This document shows, piece by piece, positions 55,674 through 64,000 of a stretch of 64,000 nt of DNA (position 1 is its first letter; every line of letters begins with the position of its first letter). The translations under genes and the position numbers were made by a program. The DNA is from an uncultured Candidatus Saccharibacteria bacterium (GTDB taxonomy: Bacteria; Patescibacteriota; Minisyncoccia; Phycocordibacterales; Zambryskibacteraceae). The notes below the pieces were generated by a model, which saw only the letters and a list, made by a program, of their open reading frames with translations, did not search any database and had not been told where the DNA came from. Location: NCBI GenBank assembly GCA_964357635.1, contig CAYHLZ010000002.1, positions 513 to 64,512 on the forward strand. Reading direction: 5' to 3'.

Positions 55674-56885
55674 ATGACTCTCTACAAATATAAAGCGAAG
55701 GATAAGGATGGCAACATCTACGAACGCAGTCTTGATGTAAAAAACCGTTTTGACATCTATAACGTTATTCGTGAGGAGGGCGGAAGCGTGGTCTCTATCC
55801 AGGAAGTCAAAAACTTTTTGTCTGCCATTGCCCTTGACCGGCTTTTCAGTGGCATACCAACACACCAAAAAATTACCTTCGCCAAAAACCTTGGGTTAAT
55901 GATGAATGCCGGCTTGTCAGTAACGAGAGCTCTTGCCGTTATGGGCAAACAGACCAAGAGTAAACCACTCAAGAAACTACTTTCCGACCTTGAAGCCGAT
56001 GTAAGTCACGGCCAGACACTCTCAGAGTCGTTGCTCAAACACCCAAAAGCATTTTCTCCTCTCTTTGTGTCAATGATAAAAGCAGGTGAAGAGTCTGGTA
56101 ACGTCTCTGGCGCTCTCGCCATTGTTTCTAGTCAAATGGAGAAAACCTATCTTCTGACGAAGAAGGTGCGTGGCGCACTAATTTATCCTTCTGTCATTAT
56201 TACCGTAATGATAGTTCTTGCCATTCTTCTTCTTATTTTCATGGTGCCAACTCTTACTGCCACTTTTGAAGGTCTTGGGGTCAAACTGCCTCTTCCGACA
56301 CGTGTTCTTATAGCTGCCAGCGATTTTCTTATTGAAAATACTCTTGCTGTCCTTGTTGGGATAGGTTTTCTTATAACGGTATCAATTATGTTTTTAAAAA
56401 GCAGGGTTGGTAGAAATTTTTCTGATGCTGTCTTTATCCGGCTTCCTCTTATTGGCGAGATGGTCAAGGAGTTTGAATCTGCTCGCAGTGCTCGCACCCT
56501 ATCTTCTCTACTTTCTGCGGGTGTAGAAATTATTGTTGCGATTGATGTCACTATTGATGTTTTACAAAACCACTTATACAAAGATGTGCTTAAACGCGCC
56601 CGCACCGCCATTGAAAAGGGCGAGCCGATGTCTAGAGTGTTTGTTGAGAACGACAAACTTTATCCGATATTTGTTGGAGAAATGGTTGCGGTGGGCGAGG
56701 AGACAGGCAAGATTTCAGAAATGCTTATGGGTGTAGCAAATTATTATGAAGAAGAGGTTGACCAGAAAACTAAGGACCTCTCCACCATCATTGAGCCCAT
56801 ATTAATGATTATTATTGGTGTTGGAGTAGGAATCTTTGCTGTCTCAATGCTTGGTCCGACATACTCTCTCGTAGATTATATTTAA
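55674..56885 (+). CDS. pilC: Type IV pilus platform protein PilC/GspF
   Basis: YKYKAKD, AGEESG, ALIYP, VGEETG, IIEP. Confidence 0.93.
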   Translation: MTLYKYKAKDKDGNIYERSLDVKNRFDIYNVIREEGGSVVSIQEVKNFLSAIALDRLFSGIPTHQKITFAKNLGLMMNAGLSVTRALAVMGKQTKSKPLKKLLSDLEADVSHGQTLSESLLKHPKAFSPLFVSMIKAGEESGNVSGALAIVSSQMEKTYLLTKKVRGALIYPSVIITVMIVLAILLLIFMVPTLTATFEGLGVKLPLPTRVLIAASDFLIENTLAVLVGIGFLITVSIMFLKSRVGRNFSDAVFIRLPLIGEMVKEFESARSARTLSSLLSAGVEIIVAIDVTIDVLQNHLYKDVLKRARTAIEKGEPMSRVFVENDKLYPIFVGEMVAVGEETGKISEMLMGVANYYEEEVDQKTKDLSTIIEPILMIIIGVGVGIFAVSMLGPTYSLVDYI

Positions 56886-56891
56886 TTATTC

Positions 56892-57362
56892 ATGAAACAA
56901 AGAGGCTTCACTCTCATAGAAATTGTAATTGCGACCGCAATTTTTCTTCTTTTTGCTATCGGGGTCTACCAAGCCTATACCACCATATTTAATGCCATTG
57001 CCAATGCGCACAACAGAGCTCTCGCCACCGACCTTGCCAATGTGAGATTTGAAGTTATCAAGAACCTACCGTACTCAAGCGTTGGTACAGTCGGCGGAAC
57101 CCCCAGCGGACTAATTGCCGTGTCAGAGACTGTTACGAGTGACAATGTTTCATTTACTGTTGCGACAACAATCATGAACGTTGACGATCCTTTTGACGGA
57201 CTTCTTGGTGGTGGAGATATTTTTCCTGCTGACTATAAACTTGTTGAAATAAGTATCACTTGTAACGGCTGTAAGAACCTTCCTCCAGTAGTGATTACAG
57301 GAAGAGTCGCCCCAAAAAATCTGGAAACTAGTCTTAAATGGATAAAATCAAATATCACATGA
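56892..57362 (+). CDS. Minor pilin (PilV-like)
   Basis: Class III signal G/FTLIE. Confidence 0.8.
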   Translation: MKQRGFTLIEIVIATAIFLLFAIGVYQAYTTIFNAIANAHNRALATDLANVRFEVIKNLPYSSVGTVGGTPSGLIAVSETVTSDNVSFTVATTIMNVDDPFDGLLGGGDIFPADYKLVEISITCNGCKNLPPVVITGRVAPKNLETSLKWIKSNIT

Positions 57363-57964
57363 AAAAAAACGGCTACAGTCTCGTAGAATTTGTTTTCGCG
57401 GTGGTTATGGCAACAGTTATTGTTTTTATCGTCACTATCTTTGCTAAAAATGCCATAAATTTTAACTCCTCGTCGCAGTCAAGCATGAACGCCATCTTTG
57501 AAAGTAGAAAAATACTAAGCACCATGGTCTCGGAACTTCGTTCAACCGCTCCTTCTGCGATGGGTTCTTATTCTATTGAGTCTGCCGCTACTAGTTCAAT
57601 CGTTTTTTTTGCTGATGTTAATTCAGACGATATTTCAGACCGCATTCGTTATTTTCTAGATCCGAACACGCGCGCTGTTCAGAGAGGCGTAATACTCGCA
57701 ACAGGTGAACCACCTGGTTATACCGTAGCTGAAACATTTTCAACCATTGTTTCTGACATAGGGAACGGCGCTTCAACAGCACTTTTTGATTATTATGACG
57801 GCAATTATGCAGGCACCACAAGCCCATTATCAATACCGGTAAATATTGCTTCCATCAGAATGGTTAAAATCACCATTAAGGTTGAACGAGACCCAAACAA
57901 GCCATCTGAACTTATGACATTTTCATCTCAAGCGTCTCTAAGAAACCTTAAAGATAATTTATGA
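57359..57964 (+). CDS. Minor pilin (PilW/GspJ-like)
   Basis: G/YSLVE, ELR, DRIRYFL, C-terminal LRN; start at ATG 57359. Confidence 0.78.
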   Translation: MKKNGYSLVEFVFAVVMATVIVFIVTIFAKNAINFNSSSQSSMNAIFESRKILSTMVSELRSTAPSAMGSYSIESAATSSIVFFADVNSDDISDRIRYFLDPNTRAVQRGVILATGEPPGYTVAETFSTIVSDIGNGASTALFDYYDGNYAGTTSPLSIPVNIASIRMVKITIKVERDPNKPSELMTFSSQASLRNLKDNL

Positions 57965-59433
57965 GAAAAAAAACTTTACAGAGCGACGGATATCTTTTGT
58001 TAGAAGTGCTGGTCTTTGGTGCGGCAGCAGTAGTCGTTATCATCGGGCTCATTGCTTTTGCTGCCACCAACGTCAAGATTGGCCGACGTGTTGTATTGTC
58101 AGAACAAGCTTTTCAGATGGCTGAAGCAGGTCTTGAATATTATCGTTGGCACTTAGCACACGATCCAACGGACTATACAGATGACACAGGACTCCCTGGT
58201 CCTTATGTTAAAAATTTCTATGATAGAAACGGAGTTCTCTTGGGTACCTTCACCCTCACGATAACTCCTCCTCCACTTGGTTCAACTCTCGTGACCCTAG
58301 AGTCAGTCGGTACTTCCGCAGTAGATCCTGCCGTTTCAAGAACCCTTGTTTCTAGACTTGCTGTGCCTTCTTTTGCCAATTTTGCTGCTGTTGCTAATGC
58401 TATTATGCGTTTCGGAAGTGGCACAGAAGTGTTTGGTCCAATTCATTCCAACAACGGTGTACGCTTTGATGGTCTTACGCACAATCTTGTTACCAGTTTT
58501 CTATCAAACTATGACGACCCAATACATACAGGTAGTAATGAATTCGCCGTGCATACGCACGTTAATCCTCCTCCAGGTAGTGGACTCAATAACAGCTTTC
58601 GTCCCTTAGAAGCTCCGCCAACGAGTCCTGTGCCCTCAAGAACAGATGTCTTTATTGCCGGAAGGTCATTCCCAGCTCCGGAAGTTGATTTTGACACCAT
58701 CACAAACGACTTGGTCCAGATGAAAGCTGATGCGGAATCAGCCGGACTGTATTTCGCCTCCTCAACCCTAAGTGGCTACCGAATTGTGTTGAAAACCGAT
58801 GATACCCTTGATCTTTATAGAGTAAACAGCTTGAGAGCCGTACCAAACAATTGTACTGGTTCTGGAACTGGGTGGGGTTCGTGGACTGCTAGTTCTACAG
58901 ACCAAACATCACTTGGCACTTATCCTTTTCCCGCAAACGGTTTAATTTTTCTTGATGACAATGTCTGGGTTGAAGGAACAATTGACGGGGCACGTCTAAC
59001 CATTGTTGCCGCTCGCATACCAGATGACGATGTCAACCAAAGAAGATCAATGACGATTAATAACGATGTTATGTATACTCACTACGACGGTACGGATGTA
59101 GTTGCTCTCATTGGTCAGAACAATGTTAATGCTGGTCTTTACAGCGAAGATGATTTGAGAATTGACGCCGCACTTGTCGCACAGAACGGCCGAGTCGGTA
59201 GATATAGCTACAGTGATAACGATTGCGCTCCATATAAAAATCGAAATAGCATCACGCTCTATGGCACTATCGTGACTGCTCTACAATACGGTTTTGCCTA
59301 CGGAGATCCTGTTACCAATGGATACTCTTTTAGAAATCTTATCTATGACTCATTCCTACTATATAACCCTCCACCATTTTTCCCGGAAACTGAAGATTTC
59401 CACGAAGTTATTTCTTGGAAAGAAATAGAGTAA
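57961..59433 (+). CDS. PilX-like minor pilin with large C-terminal domain
   Basis: G/YLLLE, QAFQMAEAGLE, GPIHSN, C-terminal ISWKEIE. Confidence 0.75.
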   Translation: MRKKTLQSDGYLLLEVLVFGAAAVVVIIGLIAFAATNVKIGRRVVLSEQAFQMAEAGLEYYRWHLAHDPTDYTDDTGLPGPYVKNFYDRNGVLLGTFTLTITPPPLGSTLVTLESVGTSAVDPAVSRTLVSRLAVPSFANFAAVANAIMRFGSGTEVFGPIHSNNGVRFDGLTHNLVTSFLSNYDDPIHTGSNEFAVHTHVNPPPGSGLNNSFRPLEAPPTSPVPSRTDVFIAGRSFPAPEVDFDTITNDLVQMKADAESAGLYFASSTLSGYRIVLKTDDTLDLYRVNSLRAVPNNCTGSGTGWGSWTASSTDQTSLGTYPFPANGLIFLDDNVWVEGTIDGARLTIVAARIPDDDVNQRRSMTINNDVMYTHYDGTDVVALIGQNNVNAGLYSEDDLRIDAALVAQNGRVGRYSYSDNDCAPYKNRNSITLYGTIVTALQYGFAYGDPVTNGYSFRNLIYDSFLLYNPPPFFPETEDFHEVISWKEIE

Positions 59434-59443
59434 GATAAGAGCT

Positions 59444-60208
59444 ATGGCAAAACCAGTTTTAATAGCGAATTGGAAAAATTACCCAAGCTCTTTCTCTGAA
59501 GCAAAGAACCTCTTGGGTCAATTATCGCGAGATCGCAAGTTTTACAAAAAACTTTCTCTTTTTATCGCCCCACCATTGCCATATCTAGAGTCAGTGGCTC
59601 TTAAGTCAAAGGGTTTTGCTCGCCTAGCCATCCAAGATACCACAAATCTTTCAGGTGGGACTTATACCGGCGTGGTAACTCCAGATATTTTAAAAAGTTT
59701 CGGAGTCGGTCTTGTTATATTGGGTCACAGTGAACAGCGCGCACTTGGTGAGACGAACGAGGCCGTTTCACAAAAAGTTATTACCGCTCTTCGTTCTGGT
59801 TTTACACCTTTAGTTTGCGTCGGAGAGTTATCTCGAGACCAAGAGGGTAGACACTTTGAATTTCTGCGAGAACAACTCAAATCCTCGCTTGCTGGTCTAA
59901 ACAAGAAAACTCAAGCTGCCAAACTTGCTATCGCTTATGAGCCAGTGTGGGCTATCGGCAAAAGCGCGATTGAAGCTATCGGTCCATCTGATTTATCTGA
60001 ATCAACTATTTTTATCAAAAAAGTTTTGAGCGACATGTTTGGGCGCTCAACCGCTGACCGCATCCCGATTCTCTATGGTGGCTCTGTTGAGCCAGCTAAT
60101 GCCAAAACGCTCTTTAGTAAAACTGGCGTCAAGGGATACCTTGTCGGACACGCCTCACTTAGTGCTAAAAATTTTAAGGCCATAGCCATAGCACTTACTT
60201 CAAAATGA
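59444..60208 (+). CDS. tpiA: Triosephosphate isomerase
   Basis: ANWK, GHSE, AYEPVWAIG, LYGGSV, LVGHASL. Confidence 0.95.
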   Translation: MAKPVLIANWKNYPSSFSEAKNLLGQLSRDRKFYKKLSLFIAPPLPYLESVALKSKGFARLAIQDTTNLSGGTYTGVVTPDILKSFGVGLVILGHSEQRALGETNEAVSQKVITALRSGFTPLVCVGELSRDQEGRHFEFLREQLKSSLAGLNKKTQAAKLAIAYEPVWAIGKSAIEAIGPSDLSESTIFIKKVLSDMFGRSTADRIPILYGGSVEPANAKTLFSKTGVKGYLVGHASLSAKNFKAIAIALTSK

Positions 60209-61230
60209 AATCCATTACCGAAATTAAGGATTTGAAGGGTAAACGCGCCCTAGTAAGAGTTGACTGGAGTGTACCTATTAACTCTGGCGAAGTTTCTAAT
60301 GACTATCAAATAATAAAATCCTTTCCTACCATAGAATATTTACAAAAAGCAGGCGCCAAAGTAGTTCTTATTAGTCATGGGGAAAAAGATGATGATTCTC
60401 TAGAGCCAATATATAAGTATGTTAAAAAATTTCTTCCGCAACTAACATTTATTAAGCCAAGTGATCTGGTGCTCCTAGAAAATCTTCGCCAAAACAAGGG
60501 TGAGAAAGAAAATTCAGAACAATTTGCGAAAGAACTTGCTAGTCTTGGAGACATTTTTGTAAACGATGCCTTTCCAGTTTCTCATAGAAAGCATGCTTCA
60601 ATTGTGGGTGTGCCCAAATTCTTGCCAAGTTTTGCCGGCATTCAGCTCAATCTTGAGATTGAAGCGCTTTCCAAAGCTTTTTATCCAAAGAGACCGTTTT
60701 TCTTCATTTTGGGTGGCGCTAAGTTTGATACTAAGTTGCCACTTCTGAAGAAATTTATTCATATTGCTGACAGTATTTTTGTGGGTGGAGCGTTGGCACA
60801 CAATTTTTTTGTGGTGCTTGGCAGAGATATTGGAGACTCATTAGTAAGTGGCGGGGACTTTGGCCTAAGAGAGTTATTAAATACGGGTAAAATCATTCTC
60901 CCAGAAGATACCATTGTGGAGGATAAAAAAATTATGGATGCCGGACCAGTTACAATGGAAAATCTTAAGTCAAAAATAGCGAGCTCAAATCTAGTTTTAT
61001 GGAATGGTCCCTTGGGCACCTACGAAAGAGGCTATAGAGTTGCCACGCTAGAGCTAGCAAGAATCATTGCTGATTCTGGAAAGGAGTCAATAATTGGTGG
61101 AGGCGACACTCTTTCTGCTGTAAATGAATTAAATCTTTTTGATAAATTCTCTTTTGTCTCTACTGGTGGTGGCGCGATGCTAGATTTTCTAGCTACAGGT
61201 ACGTTGCCGGGCATTGAAGCGCTCAAGTAA
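60205..61230 (+). CDS. pgk: Phosphoglycerate kinase (short, divergent)
   Basis: LLENLR, FVNDAF..SHRKHAS, GGAKF, WNGPLG, GGGDT, STGGGA. Confidence 0.9.
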   Translation: MKSITEIKDLKGKRALVRVDWSVPINSGEVSNDYQIIKSFPTIEYLQKAGAKVVLISHGEKDDDSLEPIYKYVKKFLPQLTFIKPSDLVLLENLRQNKGEKENSEQFAKELASLGDIFVNDAFPVSHRKHASIVGVPKFLPSFAGIQLNLEIEALSKAFYPKRPFFFILGGAKFDTKLPLLKKFIHIADSIFVGGALAHNFFVVLGRDIGDSLVSGGDFGLRELLNTGKIILPEDTIVEDKKIMDAGPVTMENLKSKIASSNLVLWNGPLGTYERGYRVATLELARIIADSGKESIIGGGDTLSAVNELNLFDKFSFVSTGGGAMLDFLATGTLPGIEALK

Positions 61231-61597
61231 TAAACTTAAGAATTTTCTCTGCGTTTATCTTAAAATCTTTTGGATTACCAGAGACGTTTGAGTTTGGGAA
61301 TACCCAGATATGGGCGTGTTCTACTTCGTCGCCTATTATTTTTGAAAGGATAAAGTCAGTGTCAAAAGCCTTTCTTTGGGCTTGGGCTATTTTTTTTACC
61401 ACCTCAAAATACTCTCCTACGTTTGGCGCATCCCAGACCCATCGATAGTGTTCTTTAGGAATAACTTGGGCATGTCCCGGAGATTGTGGGTTAATATCCA
61501 AGAATGCTAAGAATTTTTTATCCTCATATACCTTATGTGATGGTATTTCTCCTTTAACAATCTTACAAAAAACGCAATTTTCTTTTGTCATGATCAT
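61223..61597 (-). CDS. HIT-family nucleotide hydrolase
   Basis: CVFCKIVKGEIP, AFLDINP..PGH..VIPKEH, HAHIW. Confidence 0.88.
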   Translation of the reverse strand: MIMTKENCVFCKIVKGEIPSHKVYEDKKFLAFLDINPQSPGHAQVIPKEHYRWVWDAPNVGEYFEVVKKIAQAQRKAFDTDFILSKIIGDEVEHAHIWVFPNSNVSGNPKDFKINAEKILKFIT

Positions 61598-61598
61598 G

Positions 61599-62522
61599 TT
61601 AGTAGGTGCGTGACTTTACCAGCTGACCGTATTGGTCAAAAAGTTCAATTGTCTCGTATTCTTTGGCCCACATCTCCCAACCATGGCCAAGGAAAATTCG
61701 CCAAGTTTTACCATAGAAATTTTCGTCATTTACATGGTTGGCGATACAAGCGTCGTAACTATAATGACTCTTGATAAACGTTACACAAGCGCTTGAAAGC
61801 GGTTTGCCATTTACACAATTACGACAGATTTCTCCATCTCTATCTCTTGTATCAAACTCCGGTTTCTGGCAACTCGGCATTTTTTCTATAAATTTTCTGC
61901 ACTCGGTATCAAGAGAGCTAACCCCCAACTCATTTTCTGGTTGAGGGCAATTGCGTTTAAGTGCTGGAGTAAATTTGTATTCTTCTAAATTCTCCAAATA
62001 ACCGCTACAGATATTTTCCTTGAAACTTACGATTTTATATGGCGTTTGGGCACCCATTCTACCCGTGGTGATAATCGCTTTTTCGCCTGGTTCAAGCACT
62101 ATATTGTGAAGCACGTTATATCCACTAGGAGATATAAAGAGTGCTGCCCGCCCAATCGTTGCAATGTCGGAAGCAAAGTACTTTAACTGTCCGCCAAGAT
62201 TATAGGCTCGTTTATCTTTTCCATTTTTCAAATACCAATTGGTGATAGTAACAGGTTCTTTTCCTCTGTTGTCTATACTGATGTATTCCTCAAATGACTG
62301 GTAAGCGCGGGATGCGTTACCAGTAGTAAGCGAAATATTTGGCGTATTTGAAGTGCTTGATGACTTTGAGGTAGAAATATTTTGTGTTTTTATACCAGTA
62401 TCATCTTGAGAATTAACTTTGCTTTCTCCAGAGTCGAGTTTATCTCCCAACCTAGACACAAATAAGACAATAAGAACCGCCAAAACTGCGATAACTTGTA
62501 GGGCGCCATTACCTTTCTTCAT
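61599..62522 (-). CDS. Membrane-anchored lamin-tail-domain-like protein with Cys-rich insert
   Basis: EEYISIDN...VTITNWYLKN and ETIELFDQYGQLV resemble LTD; 8 Cys in between. Confidence 0.55.
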   Translation of the reverse strand: MKKGNGALQVIAVLAVLIVLFVSRLGDKLDSGESKVNSQDDTGIKTQNISTSKSSSTSNTPNISLTTGNASRAYQSFEEYISIDNRGKEPVTITNWYLKNGKDKRAYNLGGQLKYFASDIATIGRAALFISPSGYNVLHNIVLEPGEKAIITTGRMGAQTPYKIVSFKENICSGYLENLEEYKFTPALKRNCPQPENELGVSSLDTECRKFIEKMPSCQKPEFDTRDRDGEICRNCVNGKPLSSACVTFIKSHYSYDACIANHVNDENFYGKTWRIFLGHGWEMWAKEYETIELFDQYGQLVKSRTY

Positions 62523-62556
62523 AAACCTATCTTAATACGCATGCTAGAATAGTCCA

Positions 62557-64000
62557 ATGCAGCATTTCCCCGAAATTTTTGAAACCTTGCTTAAGGAAAG
62601 AGGTATTACTAAAGAGGAAGAGGCTAATTTCTTAAGTCCAGACTACGAAAAACTTCATAACCCCCTACTTCTACCAGATATGGAGAAGGCTCGTGATAGG
62701 GTTATTCTCGCAATTAAAAATAACGAACACATTACTGTTTTTTCTGACTACGACGCCGATGGTATACCTGGGGCTGTCGTTCTCTCTGATTTTTTTAGAA
62801 GGTCAAAGTATGAAAATGTTTCTTTCTACATACCTCACAGGCACAATGAAGGCTTTGGCTTGAGTTTAGAAGCAGTAGAAGAGTTTCTAAAAAGGAATTC
62901 TAAGGTTGTTATCACCATTGATTGTGGCATTACGGATATAGAAGAAGTTAAATATGCCCAAGAGCAAGGCATAGACATAATCATCACAGACCACCACAAA
63001 CCAAAAGCTACGTTACCCAACGCTTGGGCAGTGGTTAATCCAAATAGAGAGGATTCTCAATACGAATTTAAAAGTCTTTGTGGTTCTGCGGTGGTCTTTA
63101 AATTAGTTCAAGCTGTAGTTCTCAAAGAATCTTTTGGCGCAAAGCCGGGTATGGAAAAATGGTCTCTTGATATGGTTGCCATTGCCACTCTCTCTGACAT
63201 GGTGCCACTGGTGGGGGAGAATAGAACTCTGGCACGTTTTGGTCTTGAAGTTTTACGTAAATCTCCAAGGTTGGGACTCGCAGCACTTTTTAAAAGGATG
63301 AACTTGAATCAACAAAATCTATCTGAAGATGATGTTGTTTTTATGATTACTCCGCGTATTAACGCCGCCTCAAGGATGGGAGTATCAGAAGATGCTTTTA
63401 AACTTTTAAGAACTCTTGACTATTTAGAAGCAGAAAGATTGGCGCTTCATTTAGAGAAAATTAATAACCAAAGAAAAGGAGTGGTAGCAAGCATTGTTAA
63501 AGATGCCAAGGCGCACTTATCTAGTCGTGAAGAAGTAAATGATGTTATCGTCGTCGGCAATCCAGATTGGCGACCAGGACTTCTCGGGCTTGTGGCCAAT
63601 TCACTTGTGGAAGAATACAGTCGACCAGCATTTGTCTGGGGGAGAGACGGAAACGGCATACTGAAGGGCTCTTGTCGCTCGTGCAATGGTTATGATCTTG
63701 TGGCCCTGATGAACGTGGCCAAAGATTCTTTTATAGAGTTTGGAGGGCACTCTGGTGCCGGTGGATTTGCTGTTGATTTGGAAAATATTACTACTCTTGA
63801 AGAGAAACTTTCAAAAGCACTATCTTCGCTTGAGAGCAACGATGAAGAACAAGAAGAAGAAAAAGGTTTAGTTATAAAAACCTCTGACATTGGAGAAAAT
63901 CTTTGGAATACAATTTCTCAATTTGCTCCATTTGGAATGGGAAATAAAAAACCTGTCTTTAAAATTCCAAAAGCAGAAATAAAATCAGTAAAAAAGTTCG
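62557..64000 (+). CDS. recJ: ssDNA exonuclease RecJ (3'-truncated by window edge)
   Basis: Translated from ATG 62557: LHNPLLLPDMEKA, SDYDADG, PHRHNEGFGL, TIDCG, TDHH, PRINAASRM, FGGH, PFGMGN. Confidence 0.95.
   Translation, partial: MQHFPEIFETLLKERGITKEEEANFLSPDYEKLHNPLLLPDMEKARDRVILAIKNNEHITVFSDYDADGIPGAVVLSDFFRRSKYENVSFYIPHRHNEGFGLSLEAVEEFLKRNSKVVITIDCGITDIEEVKYAQEQGIDIIITDHHKPKATLPNAWAVVNPNREDSQYEFKSLCGSAVVFKLVQAVVLKESFGAKPGMEKWSLDMVAIATLSDMVPLVGENRTLARFGLEVLRKSPRLGLAALFKRMNLNQQNLSEDDVVFMITPRINAASRMGVSEDAFKLLRTLDYLEAERLALHLEKINNQRKGVVASIVKDAKAHLSSREEVNDVIVVGNPDWRPGLLGLVANSLVEEYSRPAFVWGRDGNGILKGSCRSCNGYDLVALMNVAKDSFIEFGGHSGAGGFAVDLENITTLEEKLSKALSSLESNDEEQEEEKGLVIKTSDIGENLWNTISQFAPFGMGNKKPVFKIPKAEIKSVKKF

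Noticed and set aside
1-64000. UGA recoding (code 25)
   Set aside because: Conserved genes such as ruvA, yebC, ruvC and yidC end at TGA at their expected lengths.

Overview
A 64-kb core-chromosome window spanning the replication origin of a small-genome bacterium. Gene content, compact spacing, the shortened yebC, the T4SS-like locus and the surface proteins point to Patescibacteria/CPR, most likely Parcubacteria (inference). TGA is used as a stop, so code 11 applies. The window holds repair/replication genes (ruvABC, mutM, polA, dnaA-dnaN with oriC, pcrA/uvrD, xth, recJ, xer, comM, yraN), translation/RNA genes (tyrS, rpmH-rnpA-yidC, rsmA, rpsO, nusA, rny, cca, 7 tRNAs), a VirB2/B4/B6/PrgI-like secretion locus next to oriC, a type IV pilus operon preceded by Cys-rich surface proteins, and tpiA-pgk. 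I found no CRISPR array, transposase, prophage or reverse transcriptase. The most unusual signals are non-coding. (1) Three tRNA-flanking elements share one architecture (hairpin + inverted tRNA end + duplicated tRNA end) but each matches its own tRNA. (2) A LysM-M23 gene has a signal peptide with no canonical start codon, coupled to a uORF and a switchable hairpin. (3) There are two candidate structured RNAs, one of them 6S-like. (4) parS sites and small palindromes sit in frame inside genes. Protein-level highlights are a pilin fused to an M15-like Zn-peptidase domain and a shared C-terminal FDPxFEEF tag on surface proteins. All calls are by eye; no database searches were run.
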